The notes below the pieces were generated by a model. It had not been told where the DNA came from. It did not search any database and saw only the letters and a list, made by a program, of their open reading frames with translations. A stretch of 64,000 bases of DNA. It comes from a phage. Below, one piece after another: positions 1 through 9,019 of the stretch. Within the stretch, counting starts at the first letter, position 1; every line of letters begins with the position of its first letter. The DNA is taken from sequence record NC_135729.1. One strand, given 5' to 3'. The position numbers were made by a program, and so were the translations under genes.

Positions 1-181
1 AAATGAGAACGGTTATCATTATCATTTAAAAATTTATGCAAAAAATCCTTGCTTTCTTTGTCCTGTGTGATACTATAATAACAAGCCGGGGCAACAGGGG
101 CCGGGAGACAATCACCGGGCCTGCCCGTTATTCTGCAAACGAGAATGATTATCATTCAAAATTCTAAATGAGAACTCCTCG
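1..181. repeat. direct repeats with Fur-box-like cores in non-coding leader
   Basis: AAATGAGAAC at 1-10 and 166-175; GAGAACGGTTATCATTATC (5-23) and GAGAATGATTATCATTCAA (141-159) match the 19-bp Fur-box consensus GATAATGATAATCATTATC at about 15/19 and 14/19 positions (counted by eye); no ORF >=60 aa in 1-760. Confidence 0.4.
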
Positions 182-283
182 CATTTAATAAATTTAATTA
201 GCACGCTAATTACCCTCCGTAACAATTTCCTATAAAACAGTATCCCATAAAATATTCCCGTATAGAAATTTTAAAAATCCATT

Positions 284-449
284 TCTGAAAACGAAAAATC
301 GATTTCGTCCCCAAAAATTTTAGGCCAAGAGCCGGAGCGATTTCCAGAAAATCCGATTCAGAAAACGAAAAACAGATCGAGTACTGAGAAATTTATCGAG
401 AAAAATTTTCAGAAAATTCAATCTTTGAAACGAAAAACAGATCGAGTAC
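284..449. repeat. imperfect ~65-bp tandem repeats (iteron-like)
   Basis: identical 20-mer ACGAAAAACAGATCGAGTAC at 365-384 and 430-449; degenerate third copy CTGAAAACGAAAAATCGATTTCG at 286-308; flanking CAGAAAAT motifs also repeat. Confidence 0.6.
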
Positions 450-627
450 CTGGAAAGCTGCACCGCAACTTCAAGATAGTGGTTGGATTATTGCTATAAA
501 AGGTCAAGGGTAAGTGGAGGAAGTTCTAGTAGCGAGATGTAAGCATGTGCGGGAAATCTATAATGGTGGTCTGGAATATGGTGCAAACGGTAGGATGAGT
601 GATTCAGCTTGTCGCGCCTACTCTGAA

Positions 628-721
628 AAATCCATTTTAGTTTTCGATCCATTTTCTGATTTTCTAAGGATTTTAAAATATCCTGGCAGGTAAAATATCA
701 AAAGGAGGAAATCCATTTTAG
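628..721. repeat. direct repeats AAATCCATTTTAG
   Basis: AAATCCATTTTAG at 628-640 and 709-721; related GATCCATTTTCTG at 646-658 and AAAATCCATTTCTG near 274-287. Confidence 0.5.
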
Positions 722-760
722 AAATCCTCCTGATCTCTGGCAACCTGATAACTTAAAATA

Positions 761-1093
761 TCAGGCTCCCAGTGTGTTCTTTCCTTTGTACAACCGTAAG
801 GGTATAGTTTTTGTAACAGTCCATCTCCCCAGCCCTTCCCAGTTCCAGTTGTAGGCATGGTACCCGGTTACGCATGCACTGCTAGAGTGGTCATAGGCAT
901 AAGAGAACACTATACGCACCAAATGGAACCAGTCTTTCCACGGTTGTGGTCCGTAAGCTTTTCTCCAACACCGACACAAACTAAATGTCTCAAGAATAGG
1001 CAGGATAACAAATCCATACACCGCCACCAGAATAGCCAGCGCAATGATTGTCAGGAATACATACCCTGCAGTTGAAACGATGATCTCTGTCAT
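761..1093 (-). CDS. hypothetical membrane protein
   Basis: 110-aa ORF; hydrophobic stretch YVFLTIIALAILVAVYGFVILPIL suggests one transmembrane helix; same strand as neighbours. Confidence 0.35.
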   Translation of the reverse strand: MTEIIVSTAGYVFLTIIALAILVAVYGFVILPILETFSLCRCWRKAYGPQPWKDWFHLVRIVFSYAYDHSSSACVTGYHAYNWNWEGLGRWTVTKTIPLRLYKGKNTLGA

Positions 1094-1293
1094 TTGTCGT
1101 CCCCTTTCTTACGGATATAGATGTGAGAACCTGCCTGTATATAAATTTCTCGACCATCTTCTGCGAAGATGTGGAATACACGGTCACCTTCGTACTCAAT
1201 ACGAGATATCTTCATAATGGTCTTTCCACCTGGGATACGGATCTCGTCCCCCACAGCGATGTTCCATGCAGATTTAAGCTTAAACATCTGCAC
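1090..1293 (-). CDS. hypothetical protein
   Basis: 67-aa ORF, 4-nt overlap with downstream gene. Confidence 0.3.
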   Translation of the reverse strand: MQMFKLKSAWNIAVGDEIRIPGGKTIMKISRIEYEGDRVFHIFAEDGREIYIQAGSHIYIRKKGDDK

Positions 1294-1480
1294 CCTCCTT
1301 TGGGAACTTGAACTCTGGCATAGCCATATACGCTACAACAGGGTTGTGATCAAAGTAGAACTGACCGTTAATTATCCCTGTTTTGTCCACATAGTTACCA
1401 GATCCTGCAAGAACAACCTCGCAAGCTCCGAAATCTACATTGCCATCCTCATCAGCCATGGCTACGGATATACTTTCCAA
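1280..1480 (-). CDS. hypothetical protein
   Basis: 66-aa ORF in the minus-strand gene train; competes with plus-strand ORF 1169-1495. Confidence 0.25.
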   Translation of the reverse strand: MESISVAMADEDGNVDFGACEVVLAGSGNYVDKTGIINGQFYFDHNPVVAYMAMPEFKFPKEGADV

Positions 1481-1546
1481 GAGGCATGTTTTTAACGCCG
1501 TCTACAAATGTCCACCCTTTGCTCATACTTTATCTCCTGCGCTTTC

Positions 1547-1879
1547 TTAAGGTAACCAGTAAACAATCTCGCCTTTCAGCTTCATGTCGTTTCCAACATA
1601 AATTTCCCAGCCATCCATCTTAGCAACTGTAGGCCCAAAGTCATCCGCACCCCTTACCTCTTTCCAGGCTCCGTAGTCAGGTTGCCAGATATAGAATCCA
1701 CCTTCTTTGTCCCATGCTCCGTACACTACGTTTAACAGGTTTCCCATTGCAACAATGGTGGGCCGTGGGAATAATACATCTACAGATGCGCCACAATTTC
1801 GAGTATCTTTTAAGTTGCAATCCCAAAAGATGTCTGCCAGTGTGGCGGCGATAGCTTTACGTCTTTCCAATGTTACCAT
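1547..1879 (-). CDS. hypothetical protein
   Basis: 110-aa ORF, co-oriented with neighbours. Confidence 0.4.
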   Translation of the reverse strand: MVTLERRKAIAATLADIFWDCNLKDTRNCGASVDVLFPRPTIVAMGNLLNVVYGAWDKEGGFYIWQPDYGAWKEVRGADDFGPTVAKMDGWEIYVGNDMKLKGEIVYWLP

Positions 1880-1889
1880 GGCACGATAC

Positions 1890-2081
1890 TCACTTGTTGT
1901 TAATAAGGTCTAAAACTTTCTGTCTTACTTTGTCAAGGTCTGTTGATTCAAAAACTGTGCGATATCCCCAACTTTGCCCATAAGAGTGACTGCAATCCCC
2001 GTAGCACCATTGCTCAATTTGATAGTATTCAAGGAACGGGTGCTGTCTAACTATGATACCATCCCGGTTAAAAATTACCAT
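1890..2081 (-). CDS. hypothetical protein
   Basis: 63-aa ORF. Confidence 0.3.
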   Translation of the reverse strand: MVIFNRDGIIVRQHPFLEYYQIEQWCYGDCSHSYGQSWGYRTVFESTDLDKVRQKVLDLINNK

Positions 2082-2144
2082 AATACATCACTCTCTGTTA
2101 GTTTATGCATATATTATACACTGCAGTTTTCAGATGTCAATCTT

Positions 2145-2396
2145 TTACAGGTTACTCCAGTATAATCGGCATTTACATTTTGGGCAATGAGGTTCTTTTA
2201 TGTAATAACCATCAGTCTTTGGAACACTTTTTGGTGCAGTTTTAAGATTGTACCTGGTAAAACATCGGAAGCAGGTCACCTCTCCAACCTGTTGATCGTT
2301 GATCCACTCACCAGAGTAAAGCTCTTTCTTGTTTCTCATAATTCTCTCCCAAATCCTCTGCAATCTTATACCAAAATCTCCAGCCAGAAAGCACAC
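2145..2396 (-). CDS. hypothetical protein, possible Zn-ribbon
   Basis: CFRCF ... CPKCKC cysteine pairs; true start probably internal (MRNKKELY). Confidence 0.35.
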   Translation of the reverse strand: MCFLAGDFGIRLQRIWERIMRNKKELYSGEWINDQQVGEVTCFRCFTRYNLKTAPKSVPKTDGYYIKEPHCPKCKCRLYWSNL

Positions 2397-2590
2397 GGGA
2401 ACACTTTGAGGATTGAATCTTTACTTGGCTCGGAAGTTCTTTTTCCGTATGGTAGGTAGAAATACCCTCCTGCAGATTCGAATATAGCTCCTTCGGTTGT
2501 ATCTACCACAGCAAGAATTAAGATTCTAGTCTCCACAGTGCTCTCCTCTCTTAGTTGTTGTGGAGACTATATCACCTCAGAAGATGGTCG

Positions 2591-3049
2591 TCAACACTTT
2601 TTGTACTCTACTACAACCACATCAATATCTGTGGTTGCAAGATTAATTACATCTTCTACATGTTCCCACTTTAGACCGCCAATACCGCATCCAATTTTAG
2701 GAATGTAGAACGGCAATGACACACCTTTGAATACCTCGTTGACTCGCTCAAAACCTTTCATGATTGAGAAGTATTCAGCATTGGGCCCTGGGTAGAACTG
2801 GGTATACAGGTTGATTCCATATACGACCCTGTTCTTGGCAAAATGCTCCCAACAAGAAAACATACCCAGCTTGTCCAGATTACCATAGGCAGTCTCTTTG
2901 TCGGCTGCCAGTGCTTGAGGGAACTCACGGGCAATATCTTTCGCTATGCCTGCACCCATTGTATGAAAGCAGTTACAACCGTGGATCAGGTGACCAGCAC
3001 CGCTCTTAAAAAGGGAGATTAAATCTCCCGCTACAGTATCAATAATCAC
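2591..3049 (-). CDS. macro-domain protein, TARG1/OARD1-like (putative ADP-ribosyl hydrolase)
   Basis: GDLISLF...HLIHGCNCFHTMGAGIAKDIAREFP and LPFYIPKIGCGIGGLKWEHVEDVI align by eye with the TARG1 signatures GDLFSCP...CRMGAGIA...FKKKFG and LSMPRIGCGLDRLQWENV; length 152 aa fits a single macro fold. Confidence 0.7.
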   Translation of the reverse strand: MIIDTVAGDLISLFKSGAGHLIHGCNCFHTMGAGIAKDIAREFPQALAADKETAYGNLDKLGMFSCWEHFAKNRVVYGINLYTQFYPGPNAEYFSIMKGFERVNEVFKGVSLPFYIPKIGCGIGGLKWEHVEDVINLATTDIDVVVVEYKKC

Positions 3050-3464
3050 GGTATGTCAGCTCCTCTTCCGCAATTTCAAAAAACTCATCCCAACCTTGTG
3101 GCATATTTGAGTTGCCGAAGTGGCTTTCATAGTAAAGGTTCTCACCACTTGGGAGATAGAAATCTGTTACCTCGTAGAATCCACAATCGTCGCACTCGCC
3201 TTCTTCAAACTTGGCCTCAACCTTAATACCTAGGAAGGTGAAAAGTTTATGGATATCTTCAGTTTCGAACTCCCAGCAGATATTGTTTTCCGCATCGGTG
3301 TAGAACTGGATCAGCAGACCATTATCCAGTTTACCAAAATATTCTGTGAAGTAACTACCTTCCCAGAAATCTTTATGACAAATAATATCCATGCGCTTGC
3401 CCATGATAAAGGTGTGGGCGTTTTGGGCATCGTCACGAATCAGTTTTGGCATTTCATAGATCAT
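3039..3464 (-). CDS. hypothetical protein
   Basis: 141-aa ORF overlapping the macro-domain gene start by 11 nt (likely co-translated). Confidence 0.45.
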   Translation of the reverse strand: MIYEMPKLIRDDAQNAHTFIMGKRMDIICHKDFWEGSYFTEYFGKLDNGLLIQFYTDAENNICWEFETEDIHKLFTFLGIKVEAKFEEGECDDCGFYEVTDFYLPSGENLYYESHFGNSNMPQGWDEFFEIAEEELTYRDY

Positions 3465-3532
3465 CTTAGTTCTCCGGGTTCAACAGGTGGTGGTGCTACA
3501 GGAAGATCATAAAACATAGCTATCACAGTCTC

Positions 3533-3730
3533 TTACACAGGAATTGCTTCAAACAGGCCGTTATCTATACCGTCCTTCAGATAGAGATTATACTCTATGT
3601 CGGTATCTGTATAAAGGGCAGCATCCAGCATTCTATCTGTGAGTCCATCCATTGGGTGGAGAAACCACCACCCACGCCAGTCAAAGTAACAGCCTGGTGC
3701 ATCTTCTCTTACACGGATTCGATAAATCAT
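3533..3730 (-). CDS. hypothetical protein
   Basis: 65-aa ORF. Confidence 0.3.
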   Translation of the reverse strand: MIYRIRVREDAPGCYFDWRGWWFLHPMDGLTDRMLDAALYTDTDIEYNLYLKDGIDNGLFEAIPV

Positions 3731-3826
3731 GGGCAGTGGCCTCCTGTTAGTTATACATCCCAGTTTTCTTCGTTCATCGCGTCCTCCCGTTATATGAAGT
3801 TATAATTGCACACCTTTCAACCTGTG

Positions 3827-4243
3827 TCAACAGAAAACTTCAACAAATTCTTCCACAGTTTTAATGTCGTGGGAAAAAGGTTTACGGCTATAACGGGCAA
3901 TAGCACTATCAACCACCGCCCGGTACTCAAGATCTTCAGAGTATTTCATGAAGCATTGTAGTGTTTCTGGACAGATAGCCAGATAGCTCCACCACCCTTC
4001 ATCAGATTGATAGTCAAATCCCATACTCTCCAACCATGAAGCATATACTCCAGCACCCTCAAGCCAGTGAGTATTTTCATCCAGAAACTTGTTAACAGAC
4101 ATGTGAGCTTCTAAGCACTTGTCCAGCTCTTTTCCGTTAACCAGCCACGCACTGACCGTGGCGCATCCAAGGTCTACAGATTGAGTTGACAGGTTGTATT
4201 GGTCATAGTTCTCAGGTTTAACAATGATATCTTCTAATGTCAT
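3827..4243 (-). CDS. hypothetical protein
   Basis: 138-aa ORF. Confidence 0.45.
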   Translation of the reverse strand: MTLEDIIVKPENYDQYNLSTQSVDLGCATVSAWLVNGKELDKCLEAHMSVNKFLDENTHWLEGAGVYASWLESMGFDYQSDEGWWSYLAICPETLQCFMKYSEDLEYRAVVDSAIARYSRKPFSHDIKTVEEFVEVFC

Positions 4244-4260
4244 TTTTCAGATCTCCTTAT

Positions 4261-4290
4261 ACAAAAATGCCCCACCCTTTCGGGCAGGGC
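4261..4290 (-). terminator. rho-independent terminator
   Basis: minus-strand hairpin GCCCTGCCCGAAAGGGTGGGGC (plus 4269-4290) followed by ATTTTTGT; a second copy of the same hairpin is at 15885-15906. Confidence 0.6.
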
Positions 4291-4305
4291 TATGTTAACT
4301 AGGTG

Positions 4306-4929
4306 CTAAAAGTATTCGTAGAGGTATCCATCGGGGGCTGGAATTTTTTCATGAATGTAGTAATCAACACATATTCCGGTTTCTCTTCTACAAGAATTGT
4401 GGGATACCCATTCTTTAAGAACGTTTCCATTCATGTCCAGCCTCCTTACATTTTTACACCGTCTACCGCTGGTGCTTCTATGCAACAGAATATCCTCCGT
4501 CTGCTTGTCTTTATTTTCTCCCCAGGTCGTTAAACGGATATTATCAAAAGAGTACCCTTTGAAATCATCTATCCTGTCACAAGAAGGCTTTTTCCTTTTG
4601 TCGTATCCGCTGGCTACCCACTGGTCATACAACTCTTTGTAACCGTTCAGGTATAGCCACTCCTTAAACTCTTTTTTGGTGTAAGTCGGAGGAGGGTGAC
4701 CTCTTTGCTTGCTGTTGCACTTTTGAGCCTTGTACAACACGCGTATTACACCTTTTTCTGAAGAGTCGTGGGAAAACTGGTCAGCCTCCCTGCTGGCCTT
4801 CTTACAACACTCTTTGCACTTATTAAGATGACCGTCAGACATCTTTGGGTGTTTGTAGAACTCGGAGAGGTTTTTCACCTCTCCGCACTTGATGCACCTC
4901 TTACAATGCGTGGATTCTACTTTTGCCAT
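4306..4929 (-). CDS. HNH homing endonuclease (free-standing)
   Basis: zinc-finger-like [10 protein letters not shown]...CKECCK followed by [28 protein letters not shown] (His-Me finger, DRID-type); the track ORF starts at 5016 but an internal Met ([12 protein letters not shown]) at 4929 is more plausible. Confidence 0.65.
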   Translation of the reverse strand: MAKVESTHCKRCIKCGEVKNLSEFYKHPKMSDGHLNKCKECCKKASREADQFSHDSSEKGVIRVLYKAQKCNSKQRGHPPPTYTKKEFKEWLYLNGYKELYDQWVASGYDKRKKPSCDRIDDFKGYSFDNIRLTTWGENKDKQTEDILLHRSTSGRRCKNVRRLDMNGNVLKEWVSHNSCRRETGICVDYYIHEKIPAPDGYLYEYF

Positions 4930-6172
4930 ATTGCAAACCCACTGGAGCGAAAGGTATGTCATCACAGAAGTCATACTGTGCTGGATTCTGATCCATTGGG
5001 TCATCTTCCTCATCATTTACAGGAGGAGCGTCTACAGTGTTTTGCTGTGGAGCTGCTTCCTGTTTGGCAGCCTGAGGTTCTTGATGGTCAGTTGACCCAG
5101 CACCGTTCTTGATCCAATCGTACAACGGCTCAGCCAGATTAGTCAAGACATCTTTTGCTTCTGCAGTAATTGCCGCTGCAAAATCATCAACTTTCGTTTT
5201 CTTGTCAATACGGCGACAAGCGTTCAACACCGCATTACCGACACTGGCACCTACTTCATCTTCAGTTCGGTTGGTGGCTTGAGCATACTCTTTCTTAAGC
5301 TCAATGGTGACTACGTGCAGTGTTTTAGCCACGCCCAGTGGGTCGTCTACCTTAAACCCGCGATCCAGGATGATTTGCAACGCATTGATGCTATGCCCCG
5401 TTTCCACACCGATAGGGTCGTAAGAGGATTTACGCTTGCCACCAGAGCCTTGAGTGCCGTTCTCTGCCTTAGGGGGATAGGCCTTGAAACCACTGATAAT
5501 GTTTCCGGTGTCTTTGTCAACAATGGCTGCAACACGACCACCTACCACCAGGTCTTTAAGCTGCTCATCAGTTACAACCATAGCACCTTCGCCAATCTTG
5601 TGGTCATTAACAGTAACCACGTTGCCAACAATCTGAGTCACATCACCATAGATGCGTAAAACGTCCTGATTGGCATTCTGCTGAGGTTTCTGCTTCTGGC
5701 CTTGTGATTGTGCACCTTGTTGCTGTTTTTGCTGCTGAGTCGCTGCTGGAGCCTCTCCTGCACCCAGCTTAACCATCTTAGCCAGTGAGCCCTTGTAATA
5801 GGTCTTACCGTTATGCTCGTTTGCCTTCAAAGGGATATTTACGATCCATCCTGGCGTTACGGTTTCCCACTTGTCATCAATCTTAACAGAGACAGAGTCT
5901 TGATGACCTGGTTTAAGCAGCTTATCACCCATGCTGATCCAGACTTCTTCACCACCTTGAAGCAGGTTATCAGAGGAATCCAGTTCAGAAATCAGTAAAG
6001 AGATGGTGTGGCTGGATTCAATTTTCTTACCTTGCCACACAGTGGTTTTAATACCTGTTGTAGGATCAGCACCTTTGATAGGCTTGATGCTAACACGTTT
6101 AATCATGCCGTGAGCCAGTAAAACAGTTTCACGCGGATTCATTGGGTTAGCGAATTGTTGAATAACGCTCAT
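4901..6172 (-). CDS. protein with SSB-type acidic C-terminal motif (putative ssDNA-binding or SSB-interactome protein)
   Basis: Q-rich linker ([22 protein letters not shown]) and near-C-terminal YDFCDDIPF resembling the bacterial SSB tail MDFDDDIPF, but followed by a 15-aa extension; the N-terminal fold was not recognised. Confidence 0.4.
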   Translation of the reverse strand: MSVIQQFANPMNPRETVLLAHGMIKRVSIKPIKGADPTTGIKTTVWQGKKIESSHTISLLISELDSSDNLLQGGEEVWISMGDKLLKPGHQDSVSVKIDDKWETVTPGWIVNIPLKANEHNGKTYYKGSLAKMVKLGAGEAPAATQQQKQQQGAQSQGQKQKPQQNANQDVLRIYGDVTQIVGNVVTVNDHKIGEGAMVVTDEQLKDLVVGGRVAAIVDKDTGNIISGFKAYPPKAENGTQGSGGKRKSSYDPIGVETGHSINALQIILDRGFKVDDPLGVAKTLHVVTIELKKEYAQATNRTEDEVGASVGNAVLNACRRIDKKTKVDDFAAAITAEAKDVLTNLAEPLYDWIKNGAGSTDHQEPQAAKQEAAPQQNTVDAPPVNDEEDDPMDQNPAQYDFCDDIPFAPVGLQYGKSRIHAL

Positions 6173-6537
6173 TATTTGTCTCCTTGTTCTTCGTTAGTGT
6201 TTGCCGTGTGTGCAAACCCTGCTTGAATTAATTTGTCCTGAACTTGAGCCAACAGGCCCATTGCAAAACTTGTGGTCCCAGAGAGGGCCATCAGCATATC
6301 TCGTTGTTGAGCTACCCAACCTAAGGCATAGTCCAAACGACGATATTTTTCTTCTTCACGCAGAGCCTGAAATAATTGTTCAGCCTCCGGTTGTTGTGTG
6401 AGCTCCTGAAGTCTTCCCATGAAAGAAGAAAGCACTAGCAGAAGAGACACTTGATCTTTACTTAACCCTAAGAAAAATTCTTGAGGTTGTTCTTGCTCGT
6501 TCATCGCAACCGACGCTTGATCGTTCATTTGTTCCAT
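6172..6537 (-). CDS. hypothetical protein
   Basis: 121-aa ORF, GGAGA RBS upstream of the ATG. Confidence 0.4.
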   Translation of the reverse strand: MEQMNDQASVAMNEQEQPQEFFLGLSKDQVSLLLVLSSFMGRLQELTQQPEAEQLFQALREEEKYRRLDYALGWVAQQRDMLMALSGTTSFAMGLLAQVQDKLIQAGFAHTANTNEEQGDK

Positions 6538-6581
6538 TATGGAATCTCCGATTTTATTTGAACAACATAGAAGGAGACACT

Positions 6582-6610
6582 ATTTTAGCATCCCCTTCTG
6601 TAAATTACAA
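6582..6610 (-). promoter_or_regulatory. sigma70-like promoter
   Basis: minus strand TTGTAA - 17 nt - TAAAAT in the 83-nt gap upstream of 6172-6537. Confidence 0.35.
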
Positions 6611-6620
6611 TAGGTATTTG

Positions 6621-6866
6621 TTAGCCAATCACTTCGAAAGTTCCCCAATTCCCGTCCAGCAGGCAGGTGATCGGATCCCCATCGTCGTCAAAGATTTCAA
6701 AGTTTTCAGCATCCAGGATGTGGCCCTCGAACACAATACTTTCGTCGCCACCACCAGAGATAACAGCGTATTCCTTACCTTGAGTCAAGTTTTGACACCC
6801 TTTGCCACCAAAACCTACTTCCACACAACGTACTTTCTGTCCTGCGCGAGCAACTACTTCAGCCAT
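6621..6866 (-). CDS. hypothetical protein
   Basis: 81-aa ORF. Confidence 0.35.
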   Translation of the reverse strand: MAEVVARAGQKVRCVEVGFGGKGCQNLTQGKEYAVISGGGDESIVFEGHILDAENFEIFDDDGDPITCLLDGNWGTFEVIG

Positions 6867-6883
6867 CTTAAGGTCTCCTGATA

Positions 6884-7204
6884 TTAATCGTCAAGTTCAA
6901 AATAGATTTTAACAGCTTCATCAAAGATTGGAATCCCGATGTTGTTGATAAGCTGCCAAACTACCATATCTTTACCTGGGTCTGGGAGAATGTCAACCTT
7001 TCTCCATGCGCTGTATATCCAGTTCGGACCACCTTCTGCACTAACTGGCAGATTTTCACCAGCCTCCTGCAGATACTTATACAGCAAAAGATACTCTGGA
7101 TACTCTAGAATACTGTCCTCTGCAGTGTATAGCAGTTCACGGTATACTTTTAAGAACCCTGCGGGGGTGATGTTTTCAGTCTTCATTTGCTGCCTCTCCT
7201 GCAT
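6884..7204 (-). CDS. hypothetical protein
   Basis: 106-aa ORF. Confidence 0.4.
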   Translation of the reverse strand: MQERQQMKTENITPAGFLKVYRELLYTAEDSILEYPEYLLLYKYLQEAGENLPVSAEGGPNWIYSAWRKVDILPDPGKDMVVWQLINNIGIPIFDEAVKIYFELDD

Positions 7205-7565
7205 TCATCAGATCTGCCATAGCGTCACCAACGAAGAGAACAACCACATCGTTGACAGCGTCAGTATCATCTTTGTTGACGTTGCTGAATTTAGGACACA
7301 CAGCAATAATCATATAGACACCGTTACCAACCTGAACTGTCCGCGTGGTGCACATCATGGCTGTATTTGTACCCTCTTTGAAAGCGAATCCTTGAAGACG
7401 CTCCTCCAAAGTGTTACCGGTAGATTTCAGAAGCGCCAGCTCGTCCAAGGCATAGATGATATCTCCGGAAGTTAGTGTTGCCTTACCATCAGACACCATA
7501 ATCACTCCATCAGCACCGTCAAGCTTAGAGGCTTCAAAGATATCGATATCCCAAATATTTTTCAT
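7176..7565 (-). CDS. hypothetical protein
   Basis: 129-aa ORF. Confidence 0.4.
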   Translation of the reverse strand: MKNIWDIDIFEASKLDGADGVIMVSDGKATLTSGDIIYALDELALLKSTGNTLEERLQGFAFKEGTNTAMMCTTRTVQVGNGVYMIIAVCPKFSNVNKDDTDAVNDVVVLFVGDAMADLMNAGEAANED

Positions 7566-7882
7566 TACGCTTCCTCGTCTAAGGAGTTGAAGATTTCACC
7601 GAAGTATTCTAAGACTTCTAGCTCCCGTGTGGTGCAGAAAACACAGTCACCGTTGTCATCCTCGATAACGGCCTCTTTACCCAGCACATCTACTTCAAGT
7701 TTATCGTTCAACAGGACGGCCCCTGTGTAAACTTTGTCATCTGTGCAGTCCCGAAAAGCAGAGTCCTTCTCTAGGTAGTCTGGCTTAACCTTGGCTTTAA
7801 TTCGTTGATATTGTTTGGTCATTGCTGTGGTCCCCTTTCGTTTTGATAGGACCATTGTATTAGGTCCTATCGCTGTTGTCAA
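7565..7882 (-). CDS. hypothetical small Cys-containing protein (paralog of 7886-8140)
   Basis: shares AFRDCT and DDNGDCVFCTTRE motifs with the adjacent ORF. Confidence 0.4.
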   Translation of the reverse strand: MTTAIGPNTMVLSKRKGTTAMTKQYQRIKAKVKPDYLEKDSAFRDCTDDKVYTGAVLLNDKLEVDVLGKEAVIEDDNGDCVFCTTRELEVLEYFGEIFNSLDEEA

Positions 7883-7885
7883 GTA

Positions 7886-8140
7886 TTAATGTTCAGTTTT
7901 TACAAAAACTACTTCGTTAACAGTGCACCAGACAGAGTCTCCTTCATCATCTTTAAAGGTAAGGCACTGTGCTGAGTTTTCCAGCTCATCAAGCTCTTCT
8001 TGTGATAGAGGGGCCCCTTCTTCCAAAAGGGCTTTTACCAAAGGGTTCTCACAAAACTCTGCTTCATAAGTAGCGCCAAGTGTGCAATCTTTAAAAGCTC
8101 GGTCGTTTGCAACGCATTCTGGTTTCAACATGATTTTCAT
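7886..8140 (-). CDS. hypothetical small Cys-containing protein (paralog of 7565-7882)
   Basis: AFKDCT and DDEGDSVWCTVNE motifs. Confidence 0.4.
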   Translation of the reverse strand: MKIMLKPECVANDRAFKDCTLGATYEAEFCENPLVKALLEEGAPLSQEELDELENSAQCLTFKDDEGDSVWCTVNEVVFVKTEH

Positions 8141-8191
8141 CTTAGAGGTCTCCTTAATTATTTAACAATCAATACTCTGTTTGTGAGGAGT

Positions 8192-8220
8192 ATCTTACAT
8201 CTAACCTTACTTCTTGTCAA
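8192..8220 (-). promoter_or_regulatory. sigma70-like promoter
   Basis: minus strand TTGACA (plus 8215-8220) - 17 nt - TAAGAT (plus 8192-8197), upstream of 7886-8140. Confidence 0.45.
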
Positions 8221-8615
8221 CGACTATTTTCAATCATCCACCAAGGATCAAGGTAGGTTTGTTGACTTTTTGCCCACTGGCAAACATCTTCGTACATCTG
8301 AACTTCGTTTTCAGTCAGTTCACGAATAGGCTCATCTATACCCTCATTTTTGTGGTAATCCCAGTCGGCATCGATTTCCCACAACCATGACTTGTTGTCA
8401 CCACGCTTACGCACACAGAAGTCACCGGGACGGCCTGCCAATGCATTTAAGAACTCCTTCTCCGCTCGCTCCTGAAGAATACTAAGGAGCAAAACGTTGG
8501 AGCATGACCGTAAAATATGCTTCAGCTCACAATCATCAATCTCAACTTCAATACGTTGTTTGACTGTGTGGGTACCTTTTACTAACATCCTACCTCCTCT
8601 AAACGAACTCTGCAA
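8217..8615 (-). CDS. hypothetical protein
   Basis: 132-aa ORF. Confidence 0.4.
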   Translation of the reverse strand: MQSSFRGGRMLVKGTHTVKQRIEVEIDDCELKHILRSCSNVLLLSILQERAEKEFLNALAGRPGDFCVRKRGDNKSWLWEIDADWDYHKNEGIDEPIRELTENEVQMYEDVCQWAKSQQTYLDPWWMIENSR

Positions 8616-8811
8616 GAGTTGTGTTGTTCACTGCACCGCAGTAAATGGAGTATCCCAGCCCATTAGAGTGCAGAAACCACGGTGTGCCGAAATTATCTTT
8701 CACGTAGACATCGCCGTTGTTTGTAAATGGCCAATATTCTTCACCAAGGGTAAAATACCTATTCATACCTTCAGCAAGATACTTTACTTTCATAGGGGTC
8801 CTCTTCAACAA
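8599..8811 (-). CDS. hypothetical protein
   Basis: 70-aa ORF. Confidence 0.3.
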   Translation of the reverse strand: MLKRTPMKVKYLAEGMNRYFTLGEEYWPFTNNGDVYVKDNFGTPWFLHSNGLGYSIYCGAVNNTTLAEFV

Positions 8812-9019
8812 CTACAAACTTGGCAAGCAAAGTGGTTCCGTAGATATGATACTCACCGTTTGCCAGGTGAGAGATATACCAGTCAACCCCTTCCTCGTCT
8901 TTAATCATCTTGTTTGCACGAGCTTTATCGTAATAAACCTCGTAGGTCTTTCCTTCTTTAAAGAATGACAGGTCTGTCATCTTTTCTTCTACAAAGGTAG
9001 CTTTAACCAAAGTCGTCAT
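8771..9019 (-). CDS. hypothetical protein
   Basis: 82-aa ORF. Confidence 0.35.
   Translation of the reverse strand: MTTLVKATFVEEKMTDLSFFKEGKTYEVYYDKARANKMIKDEEGVDWYISHLANGEYHIYGTTLLAKFVVVEEDPYESKVSC

Noticed and set aside
284-449. Tandem repeats as a possible CRISPR array
   Set aside because: Only two to three copies, about 65-bp period with degenerate units, no spacer-like unique segments and no cas genes; more consistent with iterons or regulatory repeats
2525-2570. 9-bp inverted repeat GTCTCCACA / TGTGGAGAC with a 25-nt spacer as a terminator
   Set aside because: Loop too large and no adjacent T-tract; kept only as a possible protein-binding or RNA structure element
4930-5016. N-terminal 29 aa of the track ORF 4306-5016
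   Set aside because: They would overlap the SSB-tail gene by 116 nt; the HNH domain begins right after an internal Met at 4929
5279-5659. 126-aa plus-strand ORF
   Set aside because: Lies entirely antisense to the SSB-tail protein gene
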